Assembly (NCBI RefSeq): GCF_963921235.1
Contig: NC_086108.1
Location: forward strand, 44,084,001-44,148,000
Direction: 5' to 3'
DNA: 64,000 nucleotides
Origin: Mobula hypostoma
Lineage: Eukaryota
The notes beneath the pieces are model-generated. The model was not told the DNA's origin. It ran no database searches and was given only the letters and a program-made list of their open reading frames with translations. The translations under genes were made by a program, and so were the position numbers. How positions within the stretch are numbered: the stretch's first letter is position 1; the number at the start of each line of letters is the position of its first letter. This document shows positions 1-11,832 of this stretch, in pieces.

Positions 1-1432
1 TCAGCCCACCACAAACCATGCTGATTATTAAACACCCATCAGTACTATTCCCACATACCAGCAGAGCCTTCTATAACCGGGAAATTCAAGTGCTTATCCA
101 GCTTCCTCTTAAATGTGAAGACATTTAAAAACGTGTGCTTCAGATTTCAACCATTCTAAGTGAAAGGAATCCTTCGTACCGTAAGTATATGTCACTTTGT
201 AGACACTTCTGCTACAGGGGGAATGTTTCTTAAGTCTACCTTATCCATGTTCCTCAATTTTGTATATACCTGGTTCAGGTGTCCCTTCAGCTCCTTGGCT
301 CCTAAGAATACAAATCTAACCTATCCAATAACTGAAACATTCCATCCTAGGCAAAATCCTCGTAAATCTCCCGTAGATCTTCTGCAGTGCAAGCAATGTA
401 TGATAATATACAGTGACTGATGATAAATACTGATCAAGATGGCACACACAAAGTGGAATTTAAAACATTAATGTTTAAATTGGGGCATTCAAGTCACAGT
501 AAGAGATCAAATATACTGCTGAGTCACTTAATTTTAGTCTACCTCAGTTTTGAGAAGCTGGACATACCAAAACAGGACACAGGTAGCAATAAGTGGTAGG
601 CCTCAAACCCCAAAAGTTTCAAACCATGTGAACAGGGTAAACAACTTTAGTTGTAAACAACTGAAAGATTGAAGACAGGATTTATGAGTAGCCTAGTTTA
701 TGTTTAAAGTGTTACCTAAAAAAGCCAGTAATGGTACATATAAAATGACTGATATATTTACGTGGTTGACAGCATCATTTATTAGAAACCATTTTTAAAG
801 CCTTAGTAGTCTTACAGGTATAATCAATGTCTGGGATCTTGATCCAACCAGCAGCTGTCATAGATTTTAAAGAAGTCCACTGTTTTATTGATTAAAAATT
901 CTCTTGCCAAATGTATTTAAATAACTTAGCATAGTCTTCTTCCATTCTTTTCCCCCATCTTACCTCCACTGCCCTTAACTAATTGCATCTATTTGATTCT
1001 TTACAAAATAATCAACTATCTCCTCGTGAAAATCTGTCCAAACATTTTACATTATAAAATAAAAAAAAGTTCTGTTACTCTCCAGTGCCTGCCTCTCCCT
1101 GTAACCTTTGACGCTACAGTATTACTAGTCGAGAAACTATAAACCTCCACTTTATATATACTCAATGACTTGGCCTCCACAGACATCTGTGGGAATGAAT
1201 TCCGCAGATTCACTATCTTCTGGCCAAAGAAATTCCAATTTATCTCTGTTCTAAAGGAACATCCTTCTAATGCTGTGCCCCCTGGTCATAGACACTCCCA
1301 CCATTGGAAACATCCTCTGCACATCCACTCTATCTAGGCCATTCAATATTTGGTAAATTTCAATGAAATACCCCCCATCCCATTCATATAAACTCCAGTG
1401 AGTACAGGCCCAGAGCCATCAAACACTTTTCA

Positions 1433-2471
1433 CCTGGACTATACATTTTCCCACTTTGTCAGTTGTAAAAATGCCATCCCCCTCTTTCAATTCCTCAGTC
1501 TCCACCACATCTCCTCTCAGGATGAGGCTTTTTCATTCCAGAACTAATGAAATGTCCTCCTTCTTCAAAGAAAGGGTCTTTCCTTCCTCCACCATCAACG
1601 CTGCTCTCACCTGCATCTCCTCCATTTCGCACATGTCTGCCCTCACCCCATTCACCTGCCACCCCACCAGGGTTCCTCTTGTCCTCACCTACCACCCCAC
1701 CAGCCTCCGCATCCAGCACATAATTCTCCGTAACTTCCACCATCTCCAGCAAGGTCCCATCACCAAGCACATCATTCCTTCTCCCTACTCTCCACAGGGA
1801 TTGCTCCCTATCGGACTGACTCCCTTGTCCATTCATCCCTACCCACAAATATTCCTCCTGGTACTTATCCTTGCAAGCGAAATAAGTGCTACACCTGCCC
1901 CTATACCTCCTTCCTCACTACCATTCAGGGCCCTAAACAGTCCTTCCAGGTGAGTGACACTTCACCTGTGAGTCTGTTGGGGTCATCTACTGTATCTAGT
2001 GCTCCCCGTACACTCAGGTTGGAGGAGAAATACCTTATATTCCATCTGGGTAGCCTCCAAACTGATCACATGAACATCGATTTCCCAAACTTATGGAAAT
2101 TCCCCCTTCACCATTCTGCCCATTCCCATTTTCCTCTCTCACTTTATCTCCTTACCTGCCCATCACCTCTTTCTGGTGCTCCTCCCCTTTCCCTTTCTTC
2201 CATGGCTTTCTGTCCTCTCCTATCAAATTTCCCCTTCTCCAGCCCTTTATCTCTTTCACCAATCAACTTCCCAGCTCTTTACTTCATCCTTCTCCCTCTC
2301 CCGATTTCACCTATCACCTATTACCTTGTATTTCTTCCTCCATCCCCCCACCTTCTTCTCATCTCTTTTTCCCAGTCCTGATGAAGGGCCTTGGCCTGAA
2401 ATGTTGACTGTTTACTCTTTCCCATAAATGCTGCGTGGCCTGCTGAGTTCCTCCAGCATTTTGTGTGTTTT
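1433..2471 (+). mobile_element. Penelope-like element 3' part (RT thumb, deleted GIY-YIG region, pLTR with hammerhead)
   Basis: ORF pieces RVPLVLTYHP and RLEEKYLIFHLGSLQTDHMNIDF. Imperfect 8-bp flanking repeat acttttca (1425-1432) / acttctca (2472-2479). Confidence 0.85.
2373..2410 (+). ncRNA. Minimal type I hammerhead ribozyme motif in the PLE terminus
   Basis: CAGUC-CUGAUGA-AGG gccuugg CCU-GAAAUGUU-GACUG. Core and stems I and II are intact; the stem III palindrome has decayed from ACGU to AUGU. Confidence 0.7.
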
Positions 2472-3574
2472 ACTTCTCATATATTAACTCTTCCATTCCC
2501 AGGATAATTTTTGTAAAACTCCTCTAGATCCTCTCCATTGCTGGTCCATCGTTTCTTAGGTAAGGGGATGAAAATGCCTCATAATACTCCAAGTGTGGTC
2601 TGACCAATGCCTTATAAAGCCTCAGCATTACATCCTTGCTTTTATATTCTAGTGATCTTGAAATAAATGCTAACGTTGCATTAGCCTTCCTTACTACTGA
2701 CTCAACCTGCAAGTTAACCTTTAGGGAAACCTGCACTAGGACTCCCAAGTCCATTTGCACGTCAGATTTCTGAATTCACTCCCTGTTCAGAAAATAGTCT
2801 ATGCCTTTATTCCTTCTACAGAGTACATGACCATACACTTTCCTACTGTATTCCATCTGCCACTTCTTTGCCCATTCTCCTGATCTATCCAAATCTTTCT
2901 GCAGACTCTCAGCTTACTCGGCATTACCGCAGACTGGGCCACAAAGCCATCAATCCCATTATCCAGATCATTAACATATAACATTAAAAGTAGCGGAAAC
3001 AACACTGACCCTTGTGGAACATCACTAGTCACTAACAAGTAACCAGAAAATTCCACCTTTATTCCCACACTTTGCCTTCTGCTAGTCAGCCAATTATTTG
3101 TCCATCTTTCATGTATTACCATCAGCTCTTCTCTTGTTAAGCAGGCTCAGGTGTGGCGCATTTTCAAAGGCCTTCAGAAAATCAGGTAAGCAACATCTAC
3201 TGACTCTCCTTTGTCTATCCTGCCTGTTATTTTCTCAAAGAATTGCAATAAATTTGTCAGGCAAGATTTCCCCTCAAGGAAACTATGCTGAATTTCACCT
3301 ATTTTATCAAGTGCCTTCAAGTACCCCGAAACATCATCTTTAATAGTGGACTCAAGATTTGCTAACATGTAGGTCAGGTTAACTGGCCTATAATTTCTTG
3401 TCTTTTGCCTCCCTCGATTCCTAAAGAGTGGTGTGCCATTTGTGATTTTCCAGTCCTCTAGATTCTGGTGATTCTTGAAAGTTTACTACTAATGCCGCTA
3501 CAATCCCTTCAGCTACCTCTTCCAGCACCCTGGAGTGTTGCCCATCTGGTCTGAATGAGTGGAGCTCCAAAACT

Positions 3575-4310
3575 CAAGAATGAAAACAGAAACCTAGGAA
3601 AAAATGCATCAGGGCATGCATATCTTTGAAGGCAAAGCAAGTTGACATTTTGGATGAAGACGCTGCATGAAGGGAGATGGGATAATGTCTCATACCTGAT
3701 AGGTGGAATCAGATAGGGAGGGAATAATGGGATGGGACAGAAGCTGGTAAGTGGAGGATAGACCGATGGAATTGTGGTGGGAGTGGGGGGAAGGGAAGCA
3801 TGAGAGAAGGAAACTTGGTGGATAGGTGAATGTGTGTAGTAGAAGAACACTGGGAGTGTGGACTACCTGAAATTGGAAAATCCAGTAATTATATCATTGG
3901 TTCATAAACTACTTAATCTCTACTGCTACAAAGTAGCCAAGGGCAAATTGGAAGGACTGCTTCCCATGTTCCACTTGAGGAACTTACAAACCAATGGTAT
4001 GAACACTGTGTTTTCCAGTTTTAGGTCATCCACACCTTAGTCCCTTACACACTCACCTGTCCACATAGTTTTCTTCTCCCTTTGTTTATATTTCCCATCC
4101 CATCCCATCACCTGCTTTCATCTGTCCATTATCCCTCTTGTTGCACCCACCCCAAATCCTGTACTGCCAATGCTAGCAGTCCTTCCTCATCCCTTTTAGA
4201 CTTGAGCAGGGTCTCAACCCAAAATATTGTCATTCCTTTTTTTCCTCCTACAGATGTTGAGTGACTACTGAGTTATCCTAGCATCCTGTTATCCTGCAGT
4301 CTCTTTTGCC
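3575..4310. mobile_element. Old, degenerate PLE remnant with inverted termini
   Basis: Diverged copies of the PLE terminus on both strands. ...HLRNLQTNGMNTVFSSF resembles the GIY-YIG C-terminus. Confidence 0.5.
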
Positions 4311-4750
4311 TTTAAGCTCAAGGTTCCAGGACAATGCAACCCCATTTGGCACCCCATCAACTGTTTTCAATACTTATTTCTTCTACCAATGCTGTGCATT
4401 GATTGAAGTGCATTCACTGTATTTATACACCCAGTATAACCCAACAAACTTCATAAAGCCACAGCCTCCATCACTATGAAAGACCTGAACAGCAGGCACC
4501 TGAGAAAACACTGCCTGCAGGTAGCCTCCTACGTCTACCAAGAAGGAGACCCAAGAGGTTCAGTAAACATATTTCCACAGAGAGAAAGGGCAGGACCGTC
4601 AAACCTAGAGCACCCTGGGTACAATGTTCCTAGAAGACAGGATGTGTTGAGAACATTACACCTAGGACAGGAGCAAAATTAAAAAGGAAATAAGAAAATA
4701 AAAGTCAAAAAGTGAAAAAAATACTTGCAAGAAAAATCAAGAAAATCCAA

Positions 4751-4964
4751 GCAACACACATAAAAGTTGCTGGTGAACGCAGCAGGCCAGGCAGCATCTC
4801 TAGGAAGAGGTGCAGTCGACGTTTCAGGCCGAGACCCTTCGTCAGGACTCCCTGAAACGTTGACTGCACCTCTTCCTAGAGATGCTGCCTGGCCTGCTGC
4901 GTTCACCAGCAACTTTTATGTGTGTTGCTTGAATTTCCAGCATCTGCAGAATTCCTGTTGTTTG
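4751..4964 (-). mobile_element. Fold-back mini Penelope-derived element (214 bp) with 13-bp TSD
   Basis: Inverted arms at 4748-4828 and 4851-4931 (80/81 complementary). Direct repeat caagaaaatccaa at 4738-4750 and 4965-4977. Confidence 0.85.
4814..4849 (-). ncRNA. Minimal type I hammerhead ribozyme, intact core
   Basis: Minus strand reads AGUC-CUGACGA-AGG gucucgg CCU-GAAACGUC^-GACU. All core nucleotides, a GUC cleavage triplet and a palindromic ACGU stem III are present. Confidence 0.8.
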
Positions 4965-4977
4965 CAAGAAAATCCAA

Positions 4978-6015
4978 AATAGCTTTATAATATACAGAGA
5001 GCAAGTGGATAACTAAAGAAAGCACAGAGCATCATAGAGACCAAATAGATCAACTATGTGCAGAGGCAGAGGATGTGGATAGGGTTCTTAATGAATACTC
5101 TTCCGTTGTGTTTGCAAAGGAGAGGGGATGCCAAAGGAGAAGGGGTTAAGGAGAAGTAGATGGGATAAGCACATAAATAAAGAAGTATTAAGGGGTTTAA
5201 AGCCTTTGAAAGTGTATATCTCACCAGGCCCTGATGAAATCTATCCCACTCTTTTAGAAAATGTGAGAGAGGATATCATAGAGGCCTTGGTACAAGAGGC
5301 AATGCCAATCGGGATCCAGATTTGGCTAACCCTGAAAGCTCAGTACTCCTTCACTTGCATAGAATTATACATATTAATGACTTAGATATGAATATAGGGG
5401 ACATGATATGTAATGTACAGATGATAGAAAAACTGACAGTGTTTGACAGGGATGAGGAATGCTTAAGAAAACAGGAAGATATAAACGGTCTGGGCATATA
5501 AATGGCAATTGAGTTTAGTTCAGGAGAAAAACGAGAGCAAATGTGTTTGGAGATTACAAGACAATGGAATATACAATAAATGGGAAGATGCTGGAAACAG
5601 AGAGATCTTGGGTGATAGTAGGGTCAGATAAGGAGGATGAAAAGTTTTTAATGGCCAAGGCACAACATTACCAAAGCAAAGAGGTTATCCTAACCTTAGA
5701 AAGCGTGTTAGGCCATAATCTGAGTACTGCAGACAGTTCTACTCAGCACTTTACAGAAAATATGCAATTGCACTGAAGAGGGTACAAAGGTGATTTATGA
5801 GGAATTTTACAGGACTGGAAAATTTTACTGGGGTTATTTTCTCTGGAACAGAAGAGACTACTGAAAGACCTAATTGAGGGGTCTAGAATTTTGAGGGTCC
5901 CAAGATAAAATAGGATCTGTTTCTCTTTCCATTATTGTCAAAAACTAGTGATCAGTTGAGCTGAAGACAAGTGTTTCATCCAATATGTGGCTCAAATCTG
6001 AAAGTTACTGCCTGA
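4978..6015 (+). mobile_element. Highly degenerate CR1 LINE
   Basis: SPGPDEIYPTLLE motif and C-terminal CR1 remnants. Confidence 0.65.
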
Positions 6016-6719
6016 AACACGGAAACTCTCACAAGGCTGCATAGCTGGCAGGGTGCCAGACTAAATGTTGGAAGGAGTGCAGCTCTTCAGGAAAGTGGCT
6101 TGCCACGATCTTGGCAAGTATAATTCGGGAGAGGCAATGAATACTGGCCTTGACAGCACAGCCGATGTCCCAAACCCGAATGAATAATTTAAAACAGCAT
6201 TTGCACGAACATAGAAGTTTTGGGAGATTTAGATTGTGGTCTGAATGTGAAAATACACATACCCAAATGTACCACAGACCTGGATGAAACTCTAACCCAA
6301 GCCAAAAGAAGTACACTGTGTCTTAGAATTCAAGCTTATATGGGCACCATCTATTTGTTCTCACTGCATCATTTATTAGCAGATGTAGAAACTAAAACGT
6401 ATCCAGGTTCTCACAGGAGGAAGACCAGAATACCACAGAACTATCATTCCTGGGGACATCACACACTTCAACATGCTGCAAGGGGTACACTGAACTGAAG
6501 GCAAGAAAGAGGATTGTGGGCACAAGGGTTTCTGCAGATGCTGGAAATCTTGAGCAGCACACTCAAAATAAATTCTGCCTGACTTGCTGAGTTCCTCCAG
6601 CACTGTTGTGGGCACATGTTCCGAAAGTATAACCAAAAGAGCACTATCTCCATGGGGTCAGTATCACTACTGGTGGTGCTTGGCAAACTCCCATAGTATA
6701 GAAGGGCAGCAGTAATATT

Positions 6720-7845
6720 CACAAACAAGAGGAAGTCTGCAGATGTTGGAAATCCGAGCAACACACACAAAATGCTGGAGGAACTCAGCAGGCCAGGCAG
6801 CATCTATGGAAAAAGTACAGTTTACATTTCGGGCTGAAACACTTTGGCAGGACTGAAGAAAAAAAAGCTAAGGAGTATGAGAGGTGACCTGATAGAGGTG
6901 TTTAAGCTGATGAGAGGTGTTCGATCCGTGTGGATAGTCAGAGGCTTTTTCCCAGGGCTGAAATGGCTAGCATAAGAGGGCACAGTTTTAAGTGCTGGGA
7001 AGTAGGTACAGAGGAGATGTCAGGAATAAGTTTTTTACGCAGAGAGTGGTGAGTGCGTGGAATAGGCTGCCGGTGACGGTGGTGGAGGCAGATACGATAG
7101 GGTCTTTTAAGAGACTCCTGGATAGATACGTGGAGCTCAGAGAAATAGAGGGCTATGGGTAACCCTAGGTAATTTTTCAGATAAGGACATGTTCGGCACA
7201 GCATTGTGGGCTGAAGGGCCTGTATTGTGCTGTAGTTTTTCTATGTCTAAGTTTCTATGAATAGATTTAAAAGGTGGGGGAAGGGGAGAAAGAACCACCA
7301 GGTGATAGATGAAACCTGGAGGGGGAGGAATGAAGTAAAGAGCTGGGGTGTTCATTGGTGAGATGAGGTGAGAGAGGGAAAGGGGAATGGGAAATGGAGA
7401 AGGGAGGTTGTGGGGGGCATTACTGGAAGTTTGAGAAATCGATGTTCATGCCATCAGGTTGGAGGCTACCCAAACGGAATACAAGGTGTTGTTCCTCCAA
7501 CCTAAGTGTGGCCTCATCACGACAGTGGAGGAGGCCATGGATGGACATATCGGAATGGGAATGGGAAGTGGAATTAAAATGGGTGGCCACTGGGAGATCC
7601 CGCTTGTTCTGGTGGACGGAGCGTAGATGCTCGGTGAAAGCGGTCTCCCAATCTGCATCGGGTCTCACCGATATACAGGAGGCCACACCGGGAGCACCGA
7701 ACACAGTAAATGACCCCAACAGACCCACAGGTGAAGTGTTGCCTCACCTGGACAGACTGTTTTGGGAAATGGATGGCAGTGAGGGAGGAGGTATAGCACT
7801 TGTTCCGCTTGCAAGGATAAGTACCAGGAGGGAGGTCAGTGACAT
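6720..7845 (-). mobile_element. Penelope-like element (Neptune-type GIY-YIG endonuclease plus pLTR), frameshifted; a CR1 3' end is inserted at ~6878-7259
   Basis: YPCKRNKCYT...FTCGSVGVIYCVRCSRCGLLYIGETRCRLGDRF / TEHLRSV...VATHFN...RLEEQHLVFRLGSLQPDGMN. This gives the GIY-YIG motif, catalytic R/E/N and a Cys-rich linker. Confidence 0.9.
6878..7259 (+). mobile_element. CR1 3' end nested in the PLE terminus
   Basis: Typical CR1 3' sequence (RGDLIEV...) with a tctatg-type tail. The PLE resumes on both sides. Confidence 0.75.
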
Positions 7846-8134
7846 TCACCACCACTGGGAGTGTGGCCTGGATCATCCACTCTCCATGCAGACCACCATA
7901 GACAAGGCAACATAGTCAAGGCACCCCTGATGAGCTGGAATCTCCTCACGCCCTGTCAGGCCCAGGTAGGTGACCCTGATCCTGAAAACACAGCGCCCGA
8001 GGTAGATTGTGCGGCATGTGGTGAGTCTTCTATGCCCTCTGCTCTCCTCTCCTCTGTCTGTAACCATAAGCCCAGCGACTACTGCTGCCACTACACCTGG
8101 GGTCATCGAGATTCCTTGAACAAAGCACTGCAAT

Positions 8135-9140
8135 GGTTGTTAGCCCCTGCTCTTCCCATTTTCTACTCATAACTGTGAGGCTAAGACTAGCTGCAATGCC
8201 ACATTTCAGTTTGCTGCTGACACCACTGTTGTTGGACGGATGGGTATATTGGCAGGGAGAAACAAAATCTGGCGGAATGGTGCCACAACAACCACCTCTC
8301 ACTCAGCATCAGCAAAACCGAAGAGCTAGTTATTGACGACAGGTGGGGGAAACTGGAGGTACATGAGGCAGTCTTCATCGGGGATCAGAAGTGGAGAGGG
8401 TTGGTAACTTTAAATTCCTCGATGTCATATCAGAGGATCTGTCCTGGGACCAGCATATAAGTGCCATCTCAAAGAAGGCACGAGAGTGCCTCTACTTTCT
8501 TAGAAGTTTGCCCAAATTTAGCATGTCATCTAGTACTTTGACAAACTTCTATAGATGCACATTGGAGGGTGTCCTGACTGGCTGCATTATGGCCTGGTAT
8601 GGAAACACAATGCCCTTGAATGGAAAAAAAAACCTACAGGAAATGGTGGACTCACTCCTGTCCATCACAGACAAAAATCACTCCTTACCATTGAGCACAT
8701 CTAGAAGGAATGCTGCCACGAGAAAGCGGCATGGTTCAGCAAGAACCCCCACCATCCAGCCCTACTCTCTTCTCACTGCTGCTATTGGGAGAGAGGTACC
8801 GGAGCCCTAGGTCCCACACCACCAGGTTCAGGAACAATTATTACTCTTAAGGTAATACCCTTCAGTGTGGGTGACTTTACTCACCTCAACTCTGAATAGA
8901 TTCTGCAGCCTATGGACTCACTTTCAAGAAGTTGACAGCTCATGTTCTCTGTTATTTATTTATATTTTATGTTGTATTTGCATTTTGTCTCGTTTGCCCA
9001 TCAGATGTCTGCCAGTCTTGGTGTGTAGTTTTTCATTTATTCTACTGTATTTCTCTGTCGTGAATGTCTGCAAGCAAATTAATCTCGAGGTAGTATATGA
9101 TAACAGATACATACTCTGATAATAAATTTACTTTGAACTT
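8135..9140 (+). mobile_element. Rex1/Babar-type LINE 3' fragment
   Basis: ...QFAADTTVVGR, then KKARECLYFLRSL...TNFYRCTLEGVLTGCIMAWYGN. Tail aataaatttactttgaactttg. Confidence 0.8.
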
Positions 9141-9144
9141 TGGA

Positions 9145-10403
9145 AATACTCCCTTCCTGGGCCTAATCGGCACCAGCTCTGACATGGGTGCTCATATTTT
9201 GTTCTCCAAGTTTCGAATGGCCGGCATGTGTGCACCGCTTTTCCATTATTCGGTCTTTGAACAAGTATCGAACCGCTTTAATGGGCTCTTCCCTCAACCT
9301 TCTGTAGAGCAGGAGGGGAGCGGCCGGGAGCCCAAATCCTCGACTGGCGCTTCCTGCTCGGGATTCCAGCATTTTAACCACCGCTTCGCATAGTGGCTGT
9401 GGGAATTTCGCTCCGCGCCACCCCGCCCGCGTCCCTCCTCTTGGTTTTACACTCAGATCAGATCATTCATGGGATCACTTTCGGCGGAGCTGCGATCCAA
9501 CCTGTGCTGAAGCGCAACCCCAGCAAAAAAAAGGGGTGCCTTCAGTCAGCAAGCAAGGACCACACGACCCCACCCCCACCCCCCATCCCACCTCCTCTCC
9601 ACACATTGCATTAAATAATTCTATCTGCAAACCGACTGGGGAGCCGTCTCAACGAACGTTTAATGTATGGGGTGCAGCAGAGTCGCTTGCCCTCGCCGGC
9701 GTTCTGCAGCGCCCCTTCCTGTGGCGTTGAGCAATGCCGGGACTTCGCTGATTCCCTCTGTTCAGTTACTCTTTAGATCTATCAATGAATTCCACCCCCC
9801 CCCCACCCCCCGACCCCACCTCATGGCCCCAGTGAATCTGGCCAGACCTATGTTCAAAGGTGTGATCTTGTACTCTCTCACACTGTACTCAAAACCCAGT
9901 GTCGGCCACCTTACATAACGTGTATTTTTTGCATAAGTAACATAAAACAGACAAAATGAAAAAATCTCTATTAATTATTAACCTTGCAAAGTTCGTGCAA
10001 AAGAGTTTCAAGAGAAACTCGTGTCTTCAACGTCTGAAACGGCGAGCAAAATTTAATGCATGGAAATCTATGAAATATTCACACATTCCTTAAGAAATAT
10101 CAGAATGTATTGCAACATTTCCGATGAATCAATATTTCAGGTTAGGTTTGTGCTGATATGAATTCAGGGTACCCAACTGTTCTGTTTTCATTTGGTTACT
10201 CCCTACGCAAAACAATGCCCCTGAAAAGTAAATGAATCTCCTGCAGGGTTACTGACTTGCGATGCAAATAGGAAACCAGGGGCTGTCTCTCTCTGCCAAC
10301 TCGTGGACAAAAAAAAGACCGTCCAACTCTTCAGTGACTCTAAGTGCTGGGATTTACAACACCGTAGAGCAGCTTCAGAGGAGCGCCGGGTATGCTGCAT
10401 TGG
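9145..10403 (+). promoter_or_regulatory. S1PR1: CpG-rich putative S1PR1 promoter and candidate non-coding exon 1 (donor tgg|gtaagg at 10403/10404)
   Basis: CpG-rich non-repetitive stretch at ~9150-9900 with CACCC clusters, an octamer ATGCAAAT at 10262-10269 and a consensus donor at 10404. The TSS cannot be determined. Confidence 0.4.
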
Positions 10404-11511
10404 GTAAGGATAAGAAAATGTATTGCACCTCACTGTTCAATCAGGAACATTTTGTTGATTAAAACGGAATTTCTTATTTTGCATTGCTAGATTGTGTTAC
10501 TTTTTAAAGTGTGAAGAATTAGCAAACCTTCATTCCTGAATCACACATCTTGCAAGAGTGTGAGCTGTTGTTAGTTCAAGGTGATGTTTTTTTTAAAAAT
10601 AGACTTTTAATTGAGAGCTTGGGACAACAGTTAACATTGTGGTCGGCTGGCTCTAGTTGTTGTTCAGCTGCTCCTCTCCCAGACCCTTTGCGTCAAACGT
10701 TTTCCTGTTTTGTATTTTCTTTATCAGCTGAGTAATCTTTTTATCCCCACCCAGTCTCACCATTTACTTGACTTTGATATGACTGGGACGACGGTAGACA
10801 CAAGTCTGGGACACAAGTGGTTACTTTTTCACAAGTAACAGGGGTCTGAGGAGCGCGACACTTTTCATTGTCCTGAATCGAGTAAAGGGTTCTCACGGGT
10901 TCGTTTCTCAGAACATTGTGTGACATTTTCAGTTAAAAGGTAATTATTAATGAAAACAGCGAGCTGTACTCTGTATCTTATTCTCCATTTCCAATAATTT
11001 AATTTTTATTAGTTTATATGGTAAAATTTAATCGGTTTTTGGGATACATTGCCTGTCTACTATTTATTGCTTGCGTGGGATAACAGATTTATAACGGAAC
11101 ATTTAATACTTACAATATGCAAAATGTGTATTGTTAAGTATTGAAGGTTTAATTGTTGACTGTTTTGGAAAAATATTTATATTCGATTAAACCATTTCAT
11201 AACCATAAAAAAGTTAAGTAACTTAACGCTTACAGCAAAGTAACGTTTTCTAAATTGTTTTGGAATAATTATTATTTCTGCAGAAAAAAATACTGTTTAT
11301 AACTGAAACATGCTTCCACAAAATTGATGCATTTTGTGGATGCATTGTGTATGTAACTTTAATTGCTTCTTTTGCCATTGACAAATTAGGCAAAACTACA
11401 TAATACTTTACTGCCCACTCACCTCTCCGTGGCTGTAATGCCACGGAACTGTCGAATGTTTTTAAAGAAGTATGCAAAAAAAGAAATTTCTCCTAAACAG
11501 CCAACATCACT

Positions 11512-11596
11512 TGTGTGTGTGTGTGTGTGTGGGGGGGGGGTGGGGGGTGTGTGTGTGTGTGTGTGTGTGGGGGGGGGGTGTGTGTGGGGGGGGGTG
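11512..11596. repeat. Compound (GT)n / poly-G microsatellite
   Basis: Alternating GT tracts and G runs of 6-11 nt. Confidence 0.95.
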
Positions 11597-11675
11597 TTGC
11601 TTGCCTTCATCGAACCGGTGGGACGGGATGCCTGCACACCCGCCGCCTAATTCCTCTGCTCTGATTTGTTTTCAG

Positions 11676-11832
11676 GCGGTAGCCCTAATCTGACTGGCCC
11701 GCAGTCGCCGCGCCCCCTGGTGGGCATCCCGGTCACTGCCAGCCGAGACAACGTGGGAAAAGCAACACACATCAAAGTTGCTGGTGAACGCAGCAGGCCA
11801 GGCAGCATCTCTGGGAAGAGGCACAGTACGCG
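11676..11832 (+). other. S1PR1: Probable 5'UTR portion of the S1PR1 coding exon
   Basis: Strong acceptor ctgatttgttttcag|gcgg (AG at 11674-11675). Mammalian S1PR1 has a non-coding exon 1 and a 5'UTR intron. Confidence 0.65.
11761..11827 (-). mobile_element. 67-nt PLE terminal fragment in the S1PR1 5'UTR
   Basis: 63/67 identical to 4750-4816. Confidence 0.9.

Larger units (their letters stand above)
1085..3553 (-). mobile_element. Degenerate CR1-clade LINE, interrupted by a PLE at 1433-2471
   Basis: Minus-strand ORF fragments QHSFLEGKSCLTNLL, VPQGSVL, LYKALVRPHLEY. The sequence continues across the PLE. Confidence 0.85.

Noticed and set aside
4679..4982. Twin ORFs [15 protein letters not shown] on both strands (also at 11778)
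   Set aside because: Artefact of the palindromic PLE terminus, with non-ATG starts.
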